Part shown: positions 19,039 to 28,065 of the stretch, one piece after another
How positions within the stretch are numbered: the first letter of the stretch is position 1
Layout: each line of letters begins with the position of its first letter
Assembly: GCA_017459075.1 (NCBI GenBank)
Contig: JAFUDQ010000028.1
Span: forward strand, 8,045 to 72,044
Source: Bacteroidales bacterium
GTDB lineage: Bacteria > Bacteroidota > Bacteroidia > Bacteroidales > UBA932
Length of the DNA stretch: 64,000 bases
Direction of reading: 5' to 3'
Made by a program: the position numbers and the translations under genes
The notes under the pieces: generated by a model
Databases searched by the model: none
The model's input: the letters and a program-made list of their open reading frames with translations, nothing else
Told to the model about the DNA's origin: nothing

Positions 19039-20421
19039 GGCTGGTTTTTTATGGAAGAGATTTACAAGGATGCTGCCAAGCAGGCCGGCGCAGAGGGAGC
19101 CCATGAGCACAGCCACCTTACCCATGTTGCGCAGCTGCTCCGCCACCTCTGGATGGTCTCCGAAGGACAGGGTATCCACAAAGATGGACATTGTAAAGCC
19201 GATACCGCCAAGGCAGGCAACGGCAAACAGCATCTTCCAGTTGGCCTTTGCAGGCATCGCCCCAACCTTTGCCTTAACGGCGATCCAAGACGCCAGGGTA
19301 ATGCCAATCGGCTTGCCAAGGAGGAGGCCAAGGAATATACCCATGCTGACGCTGCCAAGCTCAGGGCTGAAATTGAATACATTGAAATATTCCACACTGG
19401 GAATGGTTACACCGGCGTTCGCAAGGGCGAAAATCGGCATAATCACAAAATTAACCCAAATGCCAAGAGCATGCTCCAGACGGTAACTCATGCCGATGCA
19501 ATTGCGGCTGGTCCTGCTGAGCTGGCGCAGAATATGCCTCTGGGGGCCGTTGGGGAAGCCACCTTCCTCATGAATGTTGTCGTATTCAGAAAGCAGATGG
19601 CGGTAATGGTCGCGCTTGTGGAAGTAATACTCTTTTGTATACCTGGGAGTCATCGGCACAAGGAAAGCCATAACGACACCGGACATGGTGGCGTGGATTC
19701 CGGAATAGTAGAAAAGTATCCATATTGCCACGGCGGGAATGATGTAAAAAATCATCCTTTTCTCTCCTAACTTATTCATTATCAGCACAAAGATAATGAG
19801 AAGCACGGCGATGCCAAGAAGCAGGAGGTTGATGCTGCCGCCATAGAACAGGGCCACCACAAGGATGGCAATAAGGTCATCGGCAATGGCAAGGGCGGTA
19901 AGGAAGACCTTCAGCGAAACTGGGACTTTGTCTCCAAGAATGGAAAGGATTCCAACCGCAAAGGCGATGTCTGTGGCAGTGGGGATTCCCCAACCGCTGG
20001 AAGCGGCGGCGGGACTATGGTTGACAAGGGTGTAAATGAGGGCCGGCATAATCACTCCGCCAAAGGCTGCAATGATTGGCATAACGGCCTTCTGGCGGCT
20101 GCTGAGTTCCCCGTTTACTACTTCTCGCTTGATTTCAAGGCCAACAGTGAAGAAGAAAACCACCATAAGAATGTCGTTGATGAACTTTTCAACGGTCATT
20201 CCCTGGGGGAATTCAAAGCTGCCTATTTTGATGGAAAGAGTGGTCTCAAGCACCTCTTTATAAGCCTCGCTGGTCCAGGGCAGGTTGGCCAAAAGCATTG
20301 CAACGACAACGCAAAGCAGCAGCACAACGCCCTGCGCCCAGGGCCTTTTAACGAACCTTTCCTGTTTAGTCTCAAAGATGTGAACGCCCTTGTTCCAGGC
20401 GTAAATTGGAATCAGTTTCAT
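19027..20421 (-). CDS. nhaA: Na+/H+ antiporter NhaA
   Basis: FINDILM, GLEIKRE, GWGIPTATDIAFA, LAIADD, GIGFTMSIF. Confidence 0.95.
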   Translation of the reverse strand: MKLIPIYAWNKGVHIFETKQERFVKRPWAQGVVLLLCVVVAMLLANLPWTSEAYKEVLETTLSIKIGSFEFPQGMTVEKFINDILMVVFFFTVGLEIKREVVNGELSSRQKAVMPIIAAFGGVIMPALIYTLVNHSPAAASSGWGIPTATDIAFAVGILSILGDKVPVSLKVFLTALAIADDLIAILVVALFYGGSINLLLLGIAVLLIIFVLIMNKLGEKRMIFYIIPAVAIWILFYYSGIHATMSGVVMAFLVPMTPRYTKEYYFHKRDHYRHLLSEYDNIHEEGGFPNGPQRHILRQLSRTSRNCIGMSYRLEHALGIWVNFVIMPIFALANAGVTIPSVEYFNVFNFSPELGSVSMGIFLGLLLGKPIGITLASWIAVKAKVGAMPAKANWKMLFAVACLGGIGFTMSIFVDTLSFGDHPEVAEQLRNMGKVAVLMGSLCAGLLGSILVNLFHKKPAIEN

Positions 20422-20424
20422 GAT

Positions 20425-21672
20425 TTATTCCCCGTAAAGGTAAAGTCTTTGTTTTTCTGTGAGTTTGTCTATGCTGATGCCCCAGGCTGCCAGTTTCCTG
20501 AAAGCAACGGCGCGGTCAATTTCTTCCGGAACGTTAAGGAGCATATCGCCCTTTCCGCGCTCCTGGCCGCGATGGTCTGCAAGATATTTGGCGCTGAGTG
20601 CTTGGATGGCAAAGGACATATCCATGATTTCCGCAGGATGGCCGTCGCCAGCCGCAAGATTCACAAGGCGGCCTTCTGCGATAACATAGAAGGTCTTTCC
20701 ATCCTCCATTGTGTAGGCCTTAATGTTTTCCCTTGCGGGAGATGTCTTGACGGCCGATTTTTCCAGATAAGCGACATCGACTTCACAGTCAAAATGGCCT
20801 GCGTTGCAAAGGATTGCCCCGTCCTTCATGATGGCGAAATGCTCTGCCGTTATAACATCGTCGCAACCGGTGACGGTAACGAAAAGGTCTCCCTTCGGAG
20901 CGGCCTCCTTCATTGTCATGACCTGGAAACCGTCCATCACAGCCTCTATCGCCTTTACAGGGTCGATTTCAGTGACGATAACCTTTGCGCCCAGGCCTTT
21001 GGCCCTCATGCTGACGCCTTTGCCGCACCATCCGTAGCCGGCTACGACGACGGTTTTGCCTGCGACGATAAGGTTGGTAGCCCTGTTGATGCCGTTCCAG
21101 ACAGACTGGCCGGTGCCATATCTGTTGTCAAAGAAATGCTTGCACTGGGCGTCATTAACAAGCATCATGGGGAATGGAAGCTCCTTGGCAGCATTCAGCC
21201 TGCGAAGGCGAAGGATGCCGGTCGTTGTCTCTTCACATCCTCCGATGACTCCGGAAATCAGGTCCCGGAACTCCGTAAGCATCAGGTTTACAAGGTCTCC
21301 GCCATCGTCAATTATGATATTCGGTCCGATTTCCAAGACCTTCCTGAGGCAGTGCTCGTATTCCTGCGGCGTGGCGCCGTGAAGGGCGAATACATTGACT
21401 CCGCTGCGGTCAAGTGCGGCGGCTACGTCGTCCTGGGTACTCAGGGGGTTGCAGCCGGTGGCGTACATTTCCGCTCCGCCGGCAGCGAGGACCTGGCACA
21501 GATATGCAGTCTTGGCCTCCATGTGAACGGAGAGGGAAACTTTCAGCCCCTTGAAGGGCTTAGTCTTGGAAAAATCGGCCTCCAGGCCGTTTAAAAGCGG
21601 CATGTGAGCGCGCACCCAGTCTATTTTCAGCTGGCCCGACGGGTAAAGGTCCTTGTTTCTGATTTCGCTCAT
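20425..21672 (-). CDS. ahcY: Adenosylhomocysteinase (SAH hydrolase)
   Basis: CNPLSTQD, DDGGD, EETTTG, KHFFDNRYGTGQS, GYGWCGKG, NAGHFD, GHPAEIMDMSF. Confidence 0.95.
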   Translation of the reverse strand: MSEIRNKDLYPSGQLKIDWVRAHMPLLNGLEADFSKTKPFKGLKVSLSVHMEAKTAYLCQVLAAGGAEMYATGCNPLSTQDDVAAALDRSGVNVFALHGATPQEYEHCLRKVLEIGPNIIIDDGGDLVNLMLTEFRDLISGVIGGCEETTTGILRLRRLNAAKELPFPMMLVNDAQCKHFFDNRYGTGQSVWNGINRATNLIVAGKTVVVAGYGWCGKGVSMRAKGLGAKVIVTEIDPVKAIEAVMDGFQVMTMKEAAPKGDLFVTVTGCDDVITAEHFAIMKDGAILCNAGHFDCEVDVAYLEKSAVKTSPARENIKAYTMEDGKTFYVIAEGRLVNLAAGDGHPAEIMDMSFAIQALSAKYLADHRGQERGKGDMLLNVPEEIDRAVAFRKLAAWGISIDKLTEKQRLYLYGE

Positions 21673-21789
21673 AATATTTTTTTCCTCCGGAAAAAGGCTT
21701 GCAAAATTAGCCAAATATTTTGGAATTGAGGACATAAGAGTTAATTTTGCGGAATAAATATAGTTTGAAACTGTAAAAATACACGTAAT

Positions 21790-22536
21790 ATGGGACTTTT
21801 AGAAGGTAAGGTAGCCCTCATTACAGGAGCTGCCAGAGGTATCGGAAAAGCCATCGCCCTTAAGTATGCTTCAGAGGGTGCAGATGTAGCTTTTACTGAT
21901 CTTGTAATTGATGAAAACGCTCAGAAGACCGTAGAGGAAATCGCCGCTTACGGTCATAAGGTTCAGGCTTACGCTTCCAACGCAGCCAACTTTGAGGAGA
22001 CTCACGAGGTTGTAGAGAAGATTAAGGCAGACTTCGGCAAAATTGACATCCTTGTCAACAACGCCGGTATCACCAAGGACGGACTTATGCTCAAAATGAC
22101 TGAGCAGCAGTGGGATGCGGTTCTTGCAGTTAACCTTAAATCTGCATTCAACTTCATCCACGCATGCGTTCCCGTCATGATGCGCCAGAAAGGCGGAAGC
22201 ATCATAAACATGTCTTCCGTTGTAGGTGTTCACGGAAATGCAGCCCAGGCTAACTACGCAGCCTCAAAGGCCGGCCTAATCGCCCTTGCAAAGAGCATCG
22301 GCCAGGAGATGGGCCGCAAAGGCATCCGCGCCAACGCCATCGCCCCCGGTTTCATTGAGACCGCTATGACCCAGGCTCTCCCTGAGGAGGTTCGCAAAGA
22401 GTGGATGGAGAAGATTCCGCTCCGCCGCGGCGGTACCCCTGAGGACATTGCAGACGTTGCAACCTTCCTTGCAAGCGACATGTCTTCTTATGTCTCCGGC
22501 CAGGTTATCCAGGTCGATGGTGGCATGAATATGTAA
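21790..22536 (+). CDS. fabG: 3-oxoacyl-ACP reductase
   Basis: TGAARGIG, NNAGITKD, NYAASKAG, VDGGM. Confidence 0.93.
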   Translation: MGLLEGKVALITGAARGIGKAIALKYASEGADVAFTDLVIDENAQKTVEEIAAYGHKVQAYASNAANFEETHEVVEKIKADFGKIDILVNNAGITKDGLMLKMTEQQWDAVLAVNLKSAFNFIHACVPVMMRQKGGSIINMSSVVGVHGNAAQANYAASKAGLIALAKSIGQEMGRKGIRANAIAPGFIETAMTQALPEEVRKEWMEKIPLRRGGTPEDIADVATFLASDMSSYVSGQVIQVDGGMNM

Positions 22537-22578
22537 TTTTGCTCCGGCCGGCAAGCAGGTGTTGAGTCCACAGCCTCA

Positions 22579-22669
22579 GCACAGCACGCCAGCACTGAGT
22601 ATCAACGAGTTACGCATTTCAACTTAGCCGAGTTTGCCAAGTTGAAATGCGTAAGTTATTGATAATCAG
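22579..22669 (+). repeat. Long palindromic element, copy 2
   Basis: 16-bp perfect arms 22610-22625 and 22639-22654; 22579-22663 matches 26763-26847 with one mismatch. Confidence 0.9.
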
Positions 22670-23292
22670 AACCAGTAGCCGACGCCGAAGGTTAAGGCGT
22701 GGACGCGGTTTGCATCGCAATATGGAAGATTGCTGGCATCACTCAGGCCGTACTCGTATCCAACGCGGAGTTCATAATGGCTTAAGGCTATTACTCCGGC
22801 GGAAATTCCGCCCTGAACAAAGAAGCGCTTCATGCCGTTATCGCCAAAAATATCCTTATTTGTGACCTCGGGGGTAATCGGCATAGTGTAAATCAAGTTG
22901 TTAAGAGCAGTGAAGTCGCTTCCAAAAAGACCAATATTGAAACTTGGTCCGGCAGCAACATAAACTTCCAAAACCTTGCCAAGTCCGAAGGTGTATTTAA
23001 TCTGTACAGGAATCCTTAGGTAATGGGCTTTAAACTCAACGGCAGCCGGCGATTTGAAGTTTTTATAATCCCAGTTTGCCGATGCAAATACAGAAAGGTA
23101 ACTGACCGGCAAGGCAATCTCTGCCCCTGCGCCAACGTAGTACCCGTCAAAAGAGGTACTTTTAATATTTTTTGCGCTTTTGAAAACAGACTCTATCCTG
23201 CCGGAACCAACGTTCCATTTTACCGGAACCTGAGCAAGAGAAGTAATTGAAAACAGGCCTGTTAGTAGAACAATAACCGCTATCTTTTTCAT
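22666..23292 (-). CDS. Outer-membrane beta-barrel protein (porin/PorT-like family)
   Basis: Signal peptide, YLRIPV, AGPSF, C-terminal FGVGYWF. Confidence 0.75.
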   Translation of the reverse strand: MKKIAVIVLLTGLFSITSLAQVPVKWNVGSGRIESVFKSAKNIKSTSFDGYYVGAGAEIALPVSYLSVFASANWDYKNFKSPAAVEFKAHYLRIPVQIKYTFGLGKVLEVYVAAGPSFNIGLFGSDFTALNNLIYTMPITPEVTNKDIFGDNGMKRFFVQGGISAGVIALSHYELRVGYEYGLSDASNLPYCDANRVHALTFGVGYWF

Positions 23293-23365
23293 ATTTGCTT
23301 GAATTAATGGATTAATCTAAAGTTTTTTTTTTAATTTGAGGCAAGTTATCAAAAACTTTCGAATT

Positions 23366-24553
23366 ATGAAACCCCTTCATACTTTAAAGTTCCTTTCGAT
23401 GCCTTTCCTGATAGCATTATTGCTCTTCGGACTCGCTTCGTGTGTGGAATGGGTTAGCTTGAATACTGATGACCCGCAGGAGATAGTGATTAGTGCTGTG
23501 CTGACGGATTCTGATGAGCAGGTTGTTGATTTGTTTTGGACAAAGCGGAACGATGATTCAAAAGAAAGTGAATATAAAAGGATAAGAGAGGGTTCCGTAG
23601 AACTTTTCATAAATAAAAACAACAATTGGGAACTTGTAGGCGGCTTTTCTTGCCGGAGCGATGGCGCCTGGGTCATGAATTACAAGGCGGAATATGATGC
23701 TTCATACAGACTTGTAGTCTCTGCCGGAAGTCAGAAGGCTTACGCCGAGACAACAATGCCGGGGGACATAAAATGTGTTTTCTGGCCTAATCCTACATTC
23801 CTTGCAAGCACAAGTCTTGTACCAGCTGTTCGTCCATCCCGCAGAATTGTCAGGACAGATGGCCAGGAGAGAGACATATTATGTATTGCTTATTTTATGC
23901 AGAATGGGAAAATCTGGGACAAGATTACTACAAGCCATACCGATATTGACATGTTCAATGTATTGGGTGAATGCGGTTCATATAAGAAAAATTTGCTGCC
24001 TGCGGACTTTACCGAAGAGGATTTTATTATAAGGGACGGTATTAAATACGTGGAGTATATTTATGACAACCAATACACTCTCGTTCCAGAATATTCTTTT
24101 AACAGCTATGCTTTCATTCACCAGCGAGTTGGCAATACTAATCCATATAAGTTTAACGGTTATTCTGTTCTATTTAGTTTATCTGATGAATACGATGAAC
24201 CGATGCGCTATATGGATTATCCGCAATACGGGATGTATGTAAACAAAGAGGAGGAGTATATGCTTTGGGGACCGGCTTTTGATTTTAGAAAAGTCGGTGA
24301 TGATTTAGGAGATTATGACCTGCACCTAATATATCCGTCCCAAGAGCTATATGACCATCTGAAAGATGTAATAATCCGCATAGGAGAATCTACTGAAAAG
24401 GATTTTTCACTTATTCTTCGCCGGGAATCTCCTTATTCAAACGTGGTCGGAGGCCGGGGCATTTTTGCCGCGGCTAAATACGAGCACGAATATCATGAGA
24501 ACTACTTAAACTACCTTGTGGAAAAATATGAAGAACTTCGGCAGACTCTTTAA
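23366..24553 (+). CDS. DUF4249-like lipoprotein
   Basis: Lipobox LASC, YRLVV...AETTMP, C-terminal YSNVVGGRGIFAA. Confidence 0.7.
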   Translation: MKPLHTLKFLSMPFLIALLLFGLASCVEWVSLNTDDPQEIVISAVLTDSDEQVVDLFWTKRNDDSKESEYKRIREGSVELFINKNNNWELVGGFSCRSDGAWVMNYKAEYDASYRLVVSAGSQKAYAETTMPGDIKCVFWPNPTFLASTSLVPAVRPSRRIVRTDGQERDILCIAYFMQNGKIWDKITTSHTDIDMFNVLGECGSYKKNLLPADFTEEDFIIRDGIKYVEYIYDNQYTLVPEYSFNSYAFIHQRVGNTNPYKFNGYSVLFSLSDEYDEPMRYMDYPQYGMYVNKEEEYMLWGPAFDFRKVGDDLGDYDLHLIYPSQELYDHLKDVIIRIGESTEKDFSLILRRESPYSNVVGGRGIFAAAKYEHEYHENYLNYLVEKYEELRQTL

Positions 24554-26621
24554 AACCCTTCTTGCGGTTGCCATGCTCTTCATCTCCGGAGCAGCGGTTT
24601 ACGCCCAGGAGCCACAGGGGATGGTTGACAGCCTTAATGCTTCCAAAATTACGGCAAGGCGTCCTTTTGGAAGCAGCATTAGGGAGGTTTCCTCCAGAAA
24701 AATCCGAAGCGTCGTAAGCCCTTTGGGGACAGGAGATGTCATTAAATTCGTTCAGACCCTGCCTGGCGTTTCTTTTGGCATGGAAGGCACTTCCGCTTTT
24801 TATGTAAGAGGCGGTAACAATGGAAACAACCTTATTTCGCTTGATGGCGTAACTATTTATGGTACAAGTCATTTGATGGGACTGCTGGCTCTAATCCCGG
24901 ATGAGATTATTGCAAAGAACGAGTTTATCGTAGGAGGCTTTGATGCCTGGGACGGAAATTTGCTCTCTTCTCATATCAAGATGACAAGCCACGGCATTAA
25001 AGACGGAGGCTTCGGCTCTATCGTTGTCAGCAACATGAATGAATCCCTGATGTTTTCCCTTCCCGCGGGGAAGCACTTCTATTTTCTTGGAGCCGCCAGG
25101 GTATCGCCAGCCCAGTATGAATACAATGTGATTGCCAAAGACATAATATCAGACAAACTGAACCTCCCGAACAAAATAAAGGCCCAGGTTTATGACTATT
25201 ATGGCAAAGCCTCTTACATACCTTACAACAGGCTGACTTTTAATTTCTCTTATCTTTCCAGTTACGATGCCTACAACTGGGACACCCGGGATGAGAGTTC
25301 GCACGATGAGATGGGATGGCAGAACAAGATTTTTATTGCCGATGCCGACTGGACTCCCATCGACAAACTAAACCTGTACCTTTCTTACTCAGACAACTAT
25401 TTTCATTCAGACCAGTTGCAGAAGCGTTCGGTGAATGAGAAGAACAGCACTCTGATGCACATGTTTTCCGGAATCAGTGAAAAAAAGACGCAGGTTAGAA
25501 TCTCCTTCGAGCCATCGGAAACCATTAAAATTGTAGCAGGGGCAGATTTTAAGAAAGCCTCATTTACTCCGGCAGCTTTCGCCGCCAGAAAAAGAGCGCC
25601 ATGGCTTACGGATACACTTAAGGCCAGGACAAGTATTTATTATGCACAGGCGGAAATCGGCAATCCGGACGAGGCCTGCATTAAACTAGCATCAAGATTC
25701 AACCTTTACAAAGGCCATGATGGTATAACAAAAAAGGTCCCTGAATTCAGGGTCAAAGGGAATTTGGCTGTAAGTGAGCATCTTGGGATTGAGCTTACGT
25801 ATGACCGCCTGGCACAATTCTATCACACATTAGAAGGCGTTCCAACGGGTTTTTCCATCGACTTGATTGTCCCTTCAAGAGACAGTCTTTCATACGAAAA
25901 GGCAGACCAGTTCTATGCCGGAATTGTGTCTCGCGGAGAACTGCCTGTCAATTTCTCAATCGGCGCTTTCTGGAAGAAAATGTCTGGCCTTGTGTTTTTT
26001 GAAAAGGCCGATAAGTTTTTTACAACCAGCGCCATGGAGTGGGAAGAGAACCTGCTGATTGGTGACGGCTCCTCCCGTGGTCTGGAAGTATCGCTTGACG
26101 GAAACTATAAAAAATTTTCCGGACGGCTGGCCTATACTTTGTCCAAAACAGACCGGACGTTTGACAAATTGAATGAAGGAAAACCCTTTCCCTTCAAATT
26201 TGACAGGCGGCATATCCTGAGTCTTTCCGGCAAATACCTCATTAAGGACAACGAGCGTGTAACACATGCACTAAACGGCTTGTTTACATACACAAGCGGA
26301 CATAAAGAGTCACTTCGTGCCGGCACATACCCGGTATGGGCAGACCCTTACGATTTCTTTAAGTGGAAGGGGCAAAACTTTGATTTAGACTATTTTACGC
26401 ATCCTAATAACTACACCATGAAGCCCTATATCCGCCTGGATATTTCTTATAGCCTTACCCTTAAGAGAAAGAGTGTAGACCATGAGTTCGTGCTTGGGAT
26501 TTACAATGTTTTCAACAGGCATAATCCCTACGCCCTTACCTGGGATATGGAGTCTGAGCGCTGGATGAAAATCAGCATTTTCCCCATCATGCCCTCCATC
26601 TGCTACCGGATGACGTTCTAA
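24528..26621 (+). CDS. TonB-dependent receptor (non-SusC)
   Basis: DVIKFVQTLPGV, YVRGG..GNNLISLDG, GLEV, FDRRH, YIRLD, YNVFNRHN, terminal F. Confidence 0.85.
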   Translation: MKNFGRLFKTLLAVAMLFISGAAVYAQEPQGMVDSLNASKITARRPFGSSIREVSSRKIRSVVSPLGTGDVIKFVQTLPGVSFGMEGTSAFYVRGGNNGNNLISLDGVTIYGTSHLMGLLALIPDEIIAKNEFIVGGFDAWDGNLLSSHIKMTSHGIKDGGFGSIVVSNMNESLMFSLPAGKHFYFLGAARVSPAQYEYNVIAKDIISDKLNLPNKIKAQVYDYYGKASYIPYNRLTFNFSYLSSYDAYNWDTRDESSHDEMGWQNKIFIADADWTPIDKLNLYLSYSDNYFHSDQLQKRSVNEKNSTLMHMFSGISEKKTQVRISFEPSETIKIVAGADFKKASFTPAAFAARKRAPWLTDTLKARTSIYYAQAEIGNPDEACIKLASRFNLYKGHDGITKKVPEFRVKGNLAVSEHLGIELTYDRLAQFYHTLEGVPTGFSIDLIVPSRDSLSYEKADQFYAGIVSRGELPVNFSIGAFWKKMSGLVFFEKADKFFTTSAMEWEENLLIGDGSSRGLEVSLDGNYKKFSGRLAYTLSKTDRTFDKLNEGKPFPFKFDRRHILSLSGKYLIKDNERVTHALNGLFTYTSGHKESLRAGTYPVWADPYDFFKWKGQNFDLDYFTHPNNYTMKPYIRLDISYSLTLKRKSVDHEFVLGIYNVFNRHNPYALTWDMESERWMKISIFPIMPSICYRMTF

Positions 26622-26762
26622 GCCCCGTAGCGCGGCGCTATCGAATGCCGACAGCTTCGTGAGACTGTCATTTAAGCTGGTTCTGATAGAGCCGCACTGG
26701 TTTTTCCCGAAGCCTCCAGCCTTCCACCGAGACCACACCACCGTGACTTAGCTTTCAGCGTC

Positions 26763-26853
26763 GCACAGCACGCCAGCACTGAGTATCAACGAGTTACGCA
26801 TTTCAACTTAGCCGATTTTGCCAAGTTGAAATGCGTAAGTTATTGATTTTCAA
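26763..26853 (+). repeat. Long palindromic element, copy 3 (upstream of RAYT)
   Basis: Arms 26794-26809 and 26823-26838. Confidence 0.9.
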
Positions 26854-26890
26854 TAAAGCTGAATTTTTGTTGAAAAAATCACCGCTAGTC

Positions 26891-26921
26891 TTTGATATGA
26901 GCACGGGGCTTCGTATCTTTG
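26891..26921 (+). promoter_or_regulatory. Bacteroidota housekeeping-sigma promoter of the RAYT gene
   Basis: TTTG (26891) - 19 nt - TATCTTTG (26914) matches the -33/-7 consensus. Confidence 0.65.
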
Positions 26922-26961
26922 TAGGTAAGAGGGGCTTGTAAGTCCTGCCCCCTTGTGAGAG

Positions 26962-27885
26962 ATGATTCGCAGAAGATTTAGTGCCGATGCCTGGATGCAC
27001 ATTTACAAAAGACGTCATGATGGTTTTTTGATCTTTTATTCGATCAAAGATTATCTTGTTTACTTCACGCTACACTCCGTTTTGTCAGTCAAATACGGAA
27101 TAAAAGTCTATGGCCTTTGCTTTATGCTTGACCATATTCATTCGATAGTTCAGGCAAATAACCTTAAGCAATTATCTTTGTTTGAGCATGAAGTCAGCCG
27201 GCTTTTTTCTTTGGCATGGAACGAGGAATATGGCAAAAGCGGACAAATGTTCGGGCCGTTTGGCAGCGCACCAAAATATGGCAACAAAGAGAAGCGTTCG
27301 GTTTTTGCGTATGTGGTGAATAATCCAGTAGAAAGACATCTTTGTAACAAGCCAGAACAATTCAAGTGGAATTTTTTGCACCCCAAACTGCCGTCAGATA
27401 GGGGTAATTCAGGGGAATTCTTGTATGCTAAAGATCGAGTGAACGCCCTTAGGCATCGGCTACGTCCTCTGACGTATGCTGTCCTTAACAATCTTGTAAA
27501 AGATTTGGATGAGAAGGAAACGGGCGCATTGGTTAATCATATCATAAATACCTATAACGTAATTGATTACGATGCCGTCGTTAGCCTTTATGGAGATTAC
27601 AATCAGTTACTTGTGGCGGTAAATTCCAATGTTGGTGGAGAGTATGAAATAAGAGAGCATTTCATCGGTTTTTCTGATAAAACGTATGCTTCTTTTAGCG
27701 CTAGTCTTCAGCGGCGATATCCCCGTGCGTCCGTCAAAGAAATTTTGAATTGGGGTACGGATAAAAAGTTGGAGGCCTTGTTCTATCTTGAAAAGACGAC
27801 TTATGCCTTAGACAGGCAAATTGCAAAATACCTTCACCTGAGGGTCGTTGAAAGTGCCGATATTGATTATCAGCTAGTTACGTGA
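26962..27885 (+). CDS. REP-associated tyrosine transposase (RAYT-like, Y1/HUH) with C-terminal extension
   Basis: N-terminal HIY, CFMLDHIH (HUH), GQMF, YVVNNPVE (catalytic Tyr + NP), FKWN; flanked by palindromes. Confidence 0.85.
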   Translation: MIRRRFSADAWMHIYKRRHDGFLIFYSIKDYLVYFTLHSVLSVKYGIKVYGLCFMLDHIHSIVQANNLKQLSLFEHEVSRLFSLAWNEEYGKSGQMFGPFGSAPKYGNKEKRSVFAYVVNNPVERHLCNKPEQFKWNFLHPKLPSDRGNSGEFLYAKDRVNALRHRLRPLTYAVLNNLVKDLDEKETGALVNHIINTYNVIDYDAVVSLYGDYNQLLVAVNSNVGGEYEIREHFIGFSDKTYASFSASLQRRYPRASVKEILNWGTDKKLEALFYLEKTTYALDRQIAKYLHLRVVESADIDYQLVT

Positions 27886-27938
27886 TTTAACTTAGCAAAT
27901 TTTGCCAAGTTGAAATGTGTAAGTAATTGATTTTCAAT
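27862..27938 (+). repeat. Long palindromic element, copy 4 (degenerate, overlaps RAYT stop)
   Basis: GTTACGTGATTTAACTTAGCAAATTTTGCCAAGTTGAAATGTGTAAG. Confidence 0.8.
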
Positions 27939-27964
27939 AGAAGCTTATATCGGAGTGTGTGAGG

Positions 27965-28004
27965 AGATTTCTCCACGCGCCCTTCGGGCTTGGTCGAAAT
28001 GACA
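27965..28004 (-). repeat. TGTC-tagged REP-like palindrome
   Basis: Reverse complement TGTCATTTCGACCAAGCCCGAAGGGCGCGTGGAGAAATCT, near-identical to 18356-18395. Confidence 0.85.
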
Positions 28005-28065
28005 AGGGGAAAGGTTGAAGTTGTTGAATTATGTGGTTTGTTGAGGCAAAAAGAATATAGGTGCT

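Noticed and set aside
20017-21594. 525-aa ORF on the + strand
   Set aside because: Antisense shadow of ahcY/nhaA with no recognisable motifs; the same applies to the many short antisense ORFs in the track.
26962-27885. IS200/IS605 insertion sequence
   Set aside because: No tnpB; the protein is much longer than IS200 TnpA and has the RAYT-type NP motif; the flanking palindromes also occur away from the gene.
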